DNA of 64,000 bases, from NCBI GenBank assembly GCA_017543445.1, contig JAFYGB010000026.1, positions 5,366 through 69,365 on the forward strand. The letters are read 5' to 3'. The notes beneath the pieces are model-generated. The model was not told the origin of the DNA and did not search any database. It was given only the letters and a program-made list of their open reading frames with translations. Source of the DNA: Lachnospiraceae bacterium (GTDB lineage Bacteria > Bacillota > Clostridia > Lachnospirales > Lachnospiraceae). Shown piece after piece: positions 56,835 to 64,000 of this stretch. Both the position numbers and the translations under genes were made by a program. The stretch's first letter is position 1. Each line of letters opens with the position of its first letter.

Positions 56835-57665
56835 TTAGTCTTTCTGGATAGCAGGAAAGCACAACACAAGGGTACCCTGTTTATCAATTATTAAAAACTT
56901 CTCTATTTGAAGCGCATTTGCACCCTTTGTATGACTCACTCCAAAACGAGCATCGTAATTAACTGTTAAGGTAAGTTGCTTTTGCGGCATATGGAACCGA
57001 GCCATGCTATTTTGATCCGACGTCTTTCTAAAATATGAGTTATTTTCAAATGGATTTATAACATGCGGTTGATAGTCATAAGACATGCTATATATGTGTT
57101 TCGGAACGTTACATTCAACACTAACATCCACGTCATCCTTGATATTATAATCCAATTTTATCAATTTATTAATGTTTGTAGTCGCATTCCATTCAACTGT
57201 AACCGACCCCTTCTTAGGTGTATTCTTAGGGGCAAAATCATCCAGCGTTGGAAGTTTTACACTAAAAGAACAATATTCACTTATTCCATAACCATTAAAA
57301 GCCCCATAATCTGGAGCAAAAACAAGTACTGCGCCAGAGGAAGGTTGCATAATTTGTCGAACCAACAATGTATAATTATCGGTTCGTTTTTCCCTAGCTA
57401 TCCCGCAGACAAAACAATACACCCCTATTGCGTCAATGCATACAGCGTCGCTATCACACCAAACAGGAATATTCACATATTCCTGCATCCATGCTACGTT
57501 ATATACGCTAGTATCATTCTGAAACGCATCATAATGAGATTCTCCTGTATACACTGCCATCGGAGGCAAAGCCTCTGCCTTTTCCGGTGTGGTTGCAGAT
57601 ATGGTAACCGCCACTGCCAAAGCAAACAATACAATACGTTTAACACCTTCTCGCAACATTTTCAT
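56835..57665 (-). CDS. Secreted hypothetical protein
   Basis: MKMLREGVKRIVLFALAVAVTISATTPEKAEA signal peptide. The ATG at 57665 follows gaggaggg. Cys-containing, beta-rich, no known motif. Confidence 0.6.
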   Translation of the reverse strand: MKMLREGVKRIVLFALAVAVTISATTPEKAEALPPMAVYTGESHYDAFQNDTSVYNVAWMQEYVNIPVWCDSDAVCIDAIGVYCFVCGIAREKRTDNYTLLVRQIMQPSSGAVLVFAPDYGAFNGYGISEYCSFSVKLPTLDDFAPKNTPKKGSVTVEWNATTNINKLIKLDYNIKDDVDVSVECNVPKHIYSMSYDYQPHVINPFENNSYFRKTSDQNSMARFHMPQKQLTLTVNYDARFGVSHTKGANALQIEKFLIIDKQGTLVLCFPAIQKD

Positions 57666-57988
57666 TTTAATACATCCCTCCTCTTTGTTCAAGTATTCAC
57701 GCTGTTCGTCATTTACCCGATAAACAATCGGTTTTCAGCATAGAATCATTATACGCCTCCCGTCTGATTTCGTCAACTATTTTTTCTAGTTTTCTGAAAT
57801 TATTTGCACATATTGAACCATATGTATCCTTCGCCCTTAATACAAGTCAGACAAAAAATGAGTTTTTAATCCTTCCAGAGCACTTAGAGAAACGAAAAGG
57901 CCTCCGGCAGGTTGGAACCGTCCCATGTGGGTATGGATTTCCAAATATGCCAAAGGTCATTCATGTATTTCTACCTGGCTTAACTTGT

Positions 57989-58771
57989 TTACGACGACGC
58001 CGGACTAGAGAGAAATGCCTGCACTTCCGCCGGATACTCGATTTTATATAGGGTCAGTCCTTTCGCCGGTGCCGTGGGGCCGGCCTTCGTACGGTCGCAG
58101 GCCGCGAGGATGTCCGGCATCTGCTCCGGCGTAAGCTCGCCACGGCCGACCGAAAGCAGTGTCCCGACGATGATGCGGACCATGTTATAGAGGAAACCAT
58201 TGCCCGTAACACGAAAGATCATGGTATCGTCGTTCGGTGTCTCCACGGTGATATCGTAGACGGTGCGCACGCGGTCGGTGACCACCGTGGCCGCCGCGCA
58301 GAACGAAGTATAATCGTGCGTGCCGCACAGAAGGGTGGCCGCACGGCGCACCTGCTCCACATCCAGCGGCCCATAGTAATGCGCGCTGTAGCGGTTCGTC
58401 AGCGGATTTTCGTGTCGCGTGCGGGTAATGCGGTACTCGTAGGTTTTGCGTGTTCCGTCCACGTGACGTGGATGCCAGTCCGGCGCCACCTCATCGGATT
58501 CGAACACGACGATGTCGTCCGGCAAGAACGAGTTCAGGGCAAATGCGTAACGGTCGGCAGGCATGGGATGTTCGGTATCGAAGACCGCCACATTGCACAG
58601 GCCGTGCACGCCCGCGTCCGTCCGGCTTGCGCCGATGACGTGGATATTCTCCCCGATCAGGTTTTGGATCGCTTCGTCCAGCTTCCCCTCGATCGTGGGA
58701 ACGCCCGGCTGGATCTGCCACCCGCTATATTCGGTCCCGTCATACGAGACCCAAAGACGTACTCTCTTCAT
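57989..58771 (-). CDS. truA: tRNA pseudouridine(38-40) synthase
   Basis: VSYDGTEYSGWQIQPG, GASRTDAGVHG (catalytic Asp). The ATG at 58771 follows gaggaa. Confidence 0.9.
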   Translation of the reverse strand: MKRVRLWVSYDGTEYSGWQIQPGVPTIEGKLDEAIQNLIGENIHVIGASRTDAGVHGLCNVAVFDTEHPMPADRYAFALNSFLPDDIVVFESDEVAPDWHPRHVDGTRKTYEYRITRTRHENPLTNRYSAHYYGPLDVEQVRRAATLLCGTHDYTSFCAAATVVTDRVRTVYDITVETPNDDTMIFRVTGNGFLYNMVRIIVGTLLSVGRGELTPEQMPDILAACDRTKAGPTAPAKGLTLYKIEYPAEVQAFLSSPASS

Positions 58772-58847
58772 ATTTCCTCGTTCTCCCAAGGCTTTCGATT
58801 TACTGGAATTATATCAAAAGTCGTGCCATTTTCGCAAGCATCATTGC

Positions 58848-58905
58848 AAAAGTCCTATGACTTTTGCAAGCGTTTTTGCGAAAGTCATAGGACTTTTTGT
58901 ATTTT
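58848..58905. terminator. Family-3 hairpin (bidirectional terminator), copy 2
   Basis: aaaagtcctatgacttttgca agcgtttt tgcgaaagtcataggactttt + T-run. Relative to copy 1 it has a compensatory C-G to G-C swap in the stem. Confidence 0.7.
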
Positions 58906-58929
58906 CACAGCATTTTCCGAAGAATCTCC

Positions 58930-59742
58930 CTAATACCCATACGGCAGGATCCGGATCGCAATGGTCACCGCGAGGAAAGAAAACAGGACCAGGTAACCGA
59001 TAAAGTCGCGGCGCTTATATCGCAGCGGCTTCATCTTCGTGCGCCCCTTTCCGCCGTGGTAGCAACGCGCATCCATGGCCTGGGCCAGGTCCGCCGCACG
59101 GCGGAAGGCCGAAATGATCAGCGGCACCAGAAGCGGAACGAAACCGCGGATGCGCCGCAGGAAGCCGCGCTTCTCGAAATCCGCGCCACGCGCCATCTGC
59201 GCCTTCTGGATCTTATTCATCTCCTGCGTCAGGATCGGTATGAAGCGCAGGGCGATGGACATGATCATGGCCAGTGAATGCACCGGAAAATGAATGACAT
59301 TTAAGAAACGCAAACCCTTCTCCAGGCCGTCCGTCAGGCGGGTCGGCGTAGTCGTCAGCGTCATCAGTGAGGAACCCAGCACCAACAGCATGATGCGGAT
59401 CGCGATGAACGCTGCGTTTAGCAGGCCGCCCGAATAGATCTTGAAGATCCAAAACTCGACCAAAAGTGTGCCGGTATTCACATAGAACACCGAAAACAGC
59501 ACAGTTATCAACACGATCAGGAAGATTCCCTTCAGTCCGCGTGTAATAAACCGCGCCGGAACGCCGGAGATCCTCACCATCACGACCAGGAACAGAAACG
59601 CCAGCCCCAGGCCGATAAACTTATCATTAATAAACAGCGCGATCAAAAACAGCAGGGTCCCGGACAGTTTCGTCCGCGGATCCAGTTTGTGGATGACCGA
59701 CTCGCCGGGGTAATATTGCCCGAGGGTGATGTCCTTAAACAT
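58930..59742 (-). CDS. ecfT: ECF transporter transmembrane component
   Basis: DPRTKL..., ARG..F (MARGADFEKRG) coupling-helix motifs. It follows the two ecfA genes. Confidence 0.85.
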   Translation of the reverse strand: MFKDITLGQYYPGESVIHKLDPRTKLSGTLLFLIALFINDKFIGLGLAFLFLVVMVRISGVPARFITRGLKGIFLIVLITVLFSVFYVNTGTLLVEFWIFKIYSGGLLNAAFIAIRIMLLVLGSSLMTLTTTPTRLTDGLEKGLRFLNVIHFPVHSLAMIMSIALRFIPILTQEMNKIQKAQMARGADFEKRGFLRRIRGFVPLLVPLIISAFRRAADLAQAMDARCYHGGKGRTKMKPLRYKRRDFIGYLVLFSFLAVTIAIRILPYGY

Positions 59743-60604
59743 GGCCGCCCTCCTTACCCTTTATGTGCGTAAGCAGCGCCTCGACCGCGCCATCGATCGA
59801 CAGTTCGTCGATATCCGCGGGAAAATGCTCGCCGCGCTCGCGCAGCATCGAGAAGATGCGCACCGTCGCCGGCACACCCAATCCGATCTCGGTCAGTTCC
59901 TTCGCATGCGTGAACACCTCGCGCGTCGGGCCGTCGAAGGTTTTAACGCCCTCGTGCATCACGATCACGCGCTGCGCGTATTTCGCCGCCTCGTCCATGC
60001 TGTGCGAAACCAGCACGACCGTTAGGCCGCGCTCCTGCCACAGTTTGCGGATCAGGCCCAGGATCTCGTCGCGCCCGCGCGGATCCAAGCCCGCGCTCGG
60101 CTCATCCAAGATCAGCGCCTCCGGCTCCATGGCCAGCACACCCGCGATTGCCGCACGCCGCTTCTCGCCGCCCGACAATTCAAACGGCGACATCTCATAG
60201 TAGCTCTCGTCCAGTCCGACGCTCGTAAGCGCCGCCTTCGCACGCTCCTTCTGCTCCTCCTCGGACAGCCCCATGTTCTTCGGACCGAAGCACACATCGC
60301 GCAAAACGGTCGACTCAAACAGCTGGTGCTCGGGGTACTGGAACACGATGCCGATCCTGCTTCGGATCTCCTTCATGGGCAGTTCCCCGGAGAAAATATC
60401 CGTTCCGTGGAACAGCACCGAGCCGCTGCTCGGCTTTAGGAGGCCGTTGAACAGCTCGAGCAGGGTCGATTTCCCCGACCCTGTATGTCCGAGCAGCCCA
60501 ACAAACTCCCCTGCTTCGATCGAGAACGACACGTTCTTCACAGCGTGCATCTCGTAGGGAGTTTCCGGCTCATATATGTAGTCCACATTGCGGAATTCGA
60601 TCAT
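59735..60604 (-). CDS. ecfA2: ECF transporter ATPase A2
   Basis: GHTGSGKSTL, LSGGEKRRAAIAGVLAM, LILDEPSAGLD. 8-nt overlap with ecfT. Confidence 0.85.
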   Translation of the reverse strand: MIEFRNVDYIYEPETPYEMHAVKNVSFSIEAGEFVGLLGHTGSGKSTLLELFNGLLKPSSGSVLFHGTDIFSGELPMKEIRSRIGIVFQYPEHQLFESTVLRDVCFGPKNMGLSEEEQKERAKAALTSVGLDESYYEMSPFELSGGEKRRAAIAGVLAMEPEALILDEPSAGLDPRGRDEILGLIRKLWQERGLTVVLVSHSMDEAAKYAQRVIVMHEGVKTFDGPTREVFTHAKELTEIGLGVPATVRIFSMLRERGEHFPADIDELSIDGAVEALLTHIKGKEGGHV

Positions 60605-60621
60605 TTACGTCTACCTGTATC

Positions 60622-61470
60622 TTATTTCTGTAAAAAGTCCATCATTTCATCATAATAAAGCTCGGCGGTATCATAGCCCTGCTGATACAACGCTTCCAGC
60701 TTCTTAAGGTCTTTCTCCGTGCGTTTGATCGCGACCGGAACCAGCGGCTGCAGCACGAATACCGTGCCTGCCTCGACGCCCGCGCGCACCGCGTCGAGCG
60801 ACTCGTTGTAGTTGACATGGCGATTGCGCGCACATTCGATAAACGCAGGGTCCTTCCGATACCGGATCGCCAGCGCGGGCAATGTCGAGCTTTTCTTCTT
60901 TACATAGCCGTCCTCGCGCGTCAGCACGACAACGACCTTCTTTAATCCGTCCTCCAGCGCACGGCGTACCGGAATGGAGTCAGCTACCCCGCCATCTAGG
61001 TATCTCTTTCCGTTGATTCGGACGATGCGGGACACCAGCGGAAGCGAACTCGACGCGCGGACCGCGTTCATGTCCGTACGCATATCTTTGACCTGAAGGT
61101 ACGCCGCCTCGCCGGTATCCACATCCGTTGCGACCGCATAGAAGCGTCCCTCATACTTCGCGTATTCATCGTAATCATAGGGAATGAGTGTATTCGGGAT
61201 CACGTTGTAGCAAAAATCAACGCCGAACATATCTCCTGTCTTGATGACGTTGCGCCAGCTGCAGTAGTCCTTACCGTCCAGAAACTCGGACATGACGCGA
61301 TATGCGCGGCGGCGCTGCTTCGACAGGTAGCTGCAGGCTACGCAGCTCCCGGCAGACACGCCGTAAACATCCGAAAAAATCATACCTTTATCCAAAAAGA
61401 AGTCCGTGACTCCGGCGGTAAATGCTCCCCGCATTCCTCCGCCTTCCAAAACCAATCCTGCCTGTATCAT
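60622..61470 (-). CDS. Patatin-like phospholipase
   Basis: LEGGGMRGAFTAGV (oxyanion hole), GVSAGS (GxSxG), DGGV (catalytic Asp). Confidence 0.8.
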   Translation of the reverse strand: MIQAGLVLEGGGMRGAFTAGVTDFFLDKGMIFSDVYGVSAGSCVACSYLSKQRRRAYRVMSEFLDGKDYCSWRNVIKTGDMFGVDFCYNVIPNTLIPYDYDEYAKYEGRFYAVATDVDTGEAAYLQVKDMRTDMNAVRASSSLPLVSRIVRINGKRYLDGGVADSIPVRRALEDGLKKVVVVLTREDGYVKKKSSTLPALAIRYRKDPAFIECARNRHVNYNESLDAVRAGVEAGTVFVLQPLVPVAIKRTEKDLKKLEALYQQGYDTAELYYDEMMDFLQK

Positions 61471-61582
61471 ATATTTCTACCTCCGATCTACGGCCTTCCT
61501 CATTTCATCACTCGCAGGCTTTAGCGCCGCGAGAGCCTGTCCCTATTCGGAAGAGCCCTCCGATTTCCTGTGCCGTGCATCT

Positions 61583-62437
61583 TTACCGGCACAGTTTCAA
61601 ATATGCTTCCGTGAATTCTTCCTCCGAGAGGATCCCCTCGGGAAGATCCAGCCCTTTTTTCCTAAGTTCATATGCCAGCTGCGTCGCCACGGGAACGTCC
61701 AGTCCGCGGCTTTTCAGCTCCTCCACGTGTGAAAAAACAACACGCGGCACATCGTCCAACACGACCTCGCCGTCATCCATGACGATGACGCGGTCCGCAT
61801 CGATGGTCTCATCCATATGATGCGTGATCAACAGGATCGTGATCTTCTCTTTCTGATTCAATTCATGCAGCGTCCGCAATACCTCGCGCCGCCCCATCGG
61901 ATCCAGCATCGCCGTCGGCTCATCGAGGATGATGCACTGCGGCTTCATCGCCACGATGCCCGCGATCGCCACGCGCTGCTTCTGCCCGCCCGACAGACGG
62001 TCCGGCGAATGCATCCGGTAGGCGGTCATGCCGACCCGCTCGAGCGCATCGCCCACGCGCTCCCAGATCTCTTCGGTGGGAACGCCGATGTTCTCCGGGC
62101 CGAAAGCGACCTCTTCCTCTACCACGTTCGCGATCATCTGGTTGTCCGGGTTCTGGAAGACCATGCCGGCCTCATGTCGGATCAGCAAGACATTTGCCGC
62201 ATCCTTCGTGTCCCGGCCGTCGACCAGGACCTGCCCCTTCGAAGGCAGGAAGAGCGCATTGATATGTTTTGCTAAGGTGGACTTACCGGAACCATTATGC
62301 CCCAGAACCGCCACGAAGGAGCCGGCCTCGATGCTTAAGGTGACGTCGCGAAGTGCTTCCTTCGTGCCGGAAACATCGCCGCTTTCGTTAAAGCGATAAA
62401 AACTGTGAAACAGATGAAGTATATCGATCAGCGCCAT
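61583..62437 (-). CDS. ecfA1: ECF transporter ATPase A1
   Basis: GHNGSGKSTL, LSGGQKQRVAIAGIVAM, IILDEPTAMLD. Confidence 0.85.
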   Translation of the reverse strand: MALIDILHLFHSFYRFNESGDVSGTKEALRDVTLSIEAGSFVAVLGHNGSGKSTLAKHINALFLPSKGQVLVDGRDTKDAANVLLIRHEAGMVFQNPDNQMIANVVEEEVAFGPENIGVPTEEIWERVGDALERVGMTAYRMHSPDRLSGGQKQRVAIAGIVAMKPQCIILDEPTAMLDPMGRREVLRTLHELNQKEKITILLITHHMDETIDADRVIVMDDGEVVLDDVPRVVFSHVEELKSRGLDVPVATQLAYELRKKGLDLPEGILSEEEFTEAYLKLCR

Positions 62438-62476
62438 CGGGTCCTCCTTTCTTCCTGCGGTCGTGAAATTGGGCTT

Positions 62477-62505
62477 ATTATATCACAGAATACGACCTCT
62501 TGCAA
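62477..62505 (-). promoter_or_regulatory. Candidate ecf operon promoter
   Basis: Minus strand: TTGCAA, 17-nt spacer, TATAAT. Confidence 0.5.
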
Positions 62506-62541
62506 GAAAGCCGCCGATGCAAACTTTCTTTTGGGGACCCC

Positions 62542-62570
62542 TTGTCAGAACCCTTGAAAGATGCTATACT
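62542..62570 (+). promoter_or_regulatory. Candidate promoter of the 62603 gene
   Basis: TTGTCA, 17-nt spacer, TATACT. Confidence 0.5.
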
Positions 62571-62602
62571 AATTCCGATGTACAACTACAAGGAGGCTTC
62601 CT

Positions 62603-63094
62603 ATGAATTTCGGTTATTTATTTGCCGCTAAAGCGCTGGCTTATCCTATGATCCCGGCGATGGCGTGGTGGGGATGGCTGCTCGTCGTCCTCGGTATTAT
62701 CCTCGTGATTTTGATCATTCTCGGCTTCCTCGGCAGCAAGCTTCAGAAGAAGCAGGCTCTGCAGAGAGAGCAGATCGAACAGATGGCGCAGACGATGTCC
62801 ATGATCGTCATCGATAAAAAGAAGATGCGTATGTGTGATGCTAACCTCCCGAAGGTCGTTATGGAGCAGACGCCGAAGCGTTTCCGCAAAGCAAAACTCC
62901 CCTTCGTTAAGGTGAAGATCGGACCGAAGATCATGACACTCATCGCAGACGCGAAGATCTTCGACATCGTTCCGGTGAAGAAAGAGATCAAAGGTGTTGT
63001 AAGCGGTATCTATCTCACGGACATTAAGAGCGTCCGCGGCGGTTCCATTCCGGTACCCGAAAAGAAAGGCCGTAAGAACAAAAAAGAGAAATAA
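62603..63094 (+). CDS. Hypothetical membrane-anchored basic protein
   Basis: aaggagg RBS. TM WWGWLLVVLGIILVILIILGFLG followed by a Lys-rich soluble part. Confidence 0.55.
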   Translation: MNFGYLFAAKALAYPMIPAMAWWGWLLVVLGIILVILIILGFLGSKLQKKQALQREQIEQMAQTMSMIVIDKKKMRMCDANLPKVVMEQTPKRFRKAKLPFVKVKIGPKIMTLIADAKIFDIVPVKKEIKGVVSGIYLTDIKSVRGGSIPVPEKKGRKNKKEK

Positions 63095-63107
63095 ATCGAA
63101 ATCGACA

Positions 63108-63146
63108 AAGGCTGTCGCATCGATCCGGTGCGGCAGCTTTTTCTTT
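63108..63146 (+). terminator. Terminator
   Basis: gctgtcgca...tgcggcagc followed by tttttcttt. Confidence 0.6.
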
Positions 63147-63178
63147 GGCGATCTTTGCGTTTATTCTTCATAAATCAG

Positions 63179-63207
63179 TGGACAATCAGCCCTATCTCGG
63201 GTATACT
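63179..63207 (+). promoter_or_regulatory. Candidate promoter of the NuoE/NuoF-like operon
   Basis: TGGACA, 17-nt spacer, TATACT. Confidence 0.45.
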
Positions 63208-63258
63208 ATACATAGTATTAAATGGTTGTGAATACAACTCATATCAGGAGGTATTGCA

Positions 63259-63744
63259 ATGGGGAAGCTGAATGCAGCTGCCGAGTCACAGATACGGGAG
63301 ATCTGCGACCGCTACAAGAATGAGAAGACGCCTCTCATGATGATCCTCAGCGACATCCAGAACGAGTACGGGTACATCCCGCTCGAAGTTCAGGAGATCG
63401 TATCCGAGAAGACCGGCATCTCCGTCGCCGAGATCTACGGCGTGGTAACGTTCTACTCATTTTTCTCGCTGACACCGAAGGGCAAATACGTCATCGGCTG
63501 TTGTCTGGGTACCGCATGCTATGTCAAGGGCGCGCAGATCGTCATTGACCGTTTCTCGGAACTTCTGGGGATCTCCCCCGGACAGACGACCCCGGACGGT
63601 CTGTTCACGCTGGATGCACTCCGTTGTATCGGAGCCTGCGGCATCGCGCCCGCGGTCAGCATCAACGGAAAAGTTTATCCGAAGGTGGATGTAGAGGAAG
63701 TCGAAGACATTATCGCATCCTACAGGAAGGAGGCGACAGCATGA
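63259..63744 (+). CDS. NuoE/HydC-like 2Fe-2S thioredoxin-fold subunit
   Basis: CLGTACYVKGA ... LRCIGACGIAPAVSING (four Cys ligands). Confidence 0.8.
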   Translation: MGKLNAAAESQIREICDRYKNEKTPLMMILSDIQNEYGYIPLEVQEIVSEKTGISVAEIYGVVTFYSFFSLTPKGKYVIGCCLGTACYVKGAQIVIDRFSELLGISPGQTTPDGLFTLDALRCIGACGIAPAVSINGKVYPKVDVEEVEDIIASYRKEATA

Positions 63745-64000
63745 TCCGTATCACTTCGATCGAAGATTTAGACAGAATATCCGAGGAATGCCAAAAGAGC
63801 ATCCAGGGCAAATTAAGCGGCGCCGACCATAAGCGGCACATCGTTCTGTGCGGCGGTACCGGCTGTCTGTCCAGTAATTCCAAAGAGATCGCGGCGAAGT
63901 TCGTCGAACTTCTCGCAAAAAAAGGCATGAATGAAAAGGCGACCGTGAACCTTGCCGGTTGCTTCGGTTTCTGCTCGCAGGGACCTTTCGTTAAGATCTA
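63741..64000 (+). CDS. NuoF/HydB-like subunit, N-terminal part (3' end beyond the window)
   Basis: ATGA overlap with the upstream gene. MIRITSIEDL...VLCGGTGCLSSNS...LAGCFGFCSQGPFVKI. The frame is open to the window end. Confidence 0.7.
   Translation, partial: MIRITSIEDLDRISEECQKSIQGKLSGADHKRHIVLCGGTGCLSSNSKEIAAKFVELLAKKGMNEKATVNLAGCFGFCSQGPFVKI

Noticed and set aside
57915-57924. A possible fifth family-1 copy (core GAACCGTCCC) downstream of truA.
   Set aside because: Only the 10-nt core is present and the TGTCAA/TTGACA arms are missing. It could be a degenerate relic or chance, so I did not count it as a copy.

Overview
This 64-kb window looks like a chromosomal segment of a Firmicutes/Clostridia-type genome. 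The evidence is a long Bacillus-type SRP RNA, a T-box leader, an ECF-transporter operon, and AGGAGG-type ribosome-binding sites. The GC-rich backbone is densely packed with housekeeping genes. These include a T-box leader plus leuA, iorAB, pfkA-dnaX-ybaB-(pepV)-recR, hom, lepB, and a ten-gene F-type ATPase operon whose c-subunit carries a Na+-binding signature. It also carries truA, ecfA1-(patatin)-ecfA2-ecfT, and the start of a NuoE/NuoF-like hydrogenase module. Four stretches look AT-richer by eye and resemble accessory DNA. (i) 2.2-3.2 kb is a lone lipoprotein gene. (ii) 25.4-28.1 kb carries an XRE/ImmA switch followed by a tightly coupled three-gene cassette (DUF4417-like, Gly/Ser/His-rich protein, 91-aa protein), bounded by structured direct repeats. 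(iii) 40.1-42.2 kb encodes a secreted HExxH protein under an ECF sigma/anti-sigma pair. (iv) 53.1-57.7 kb encodes a fused MacB-type ABC/FtsX protein plus uncharacterised exported proteins and a decayed tandem paralog. My best candidate for an undescribed system is (ii), followed by (iv). Three families of short hairpin repeats are scattered through intergenic DNA, and one family builds a roughly 360-bp composite inverted repeat in a 600-bp gene-free gap. I saw no rRNA, tRNA, CRISPR array, transposase or integrase. All calls come from reading the sequence and ORF translations; no searches were run.
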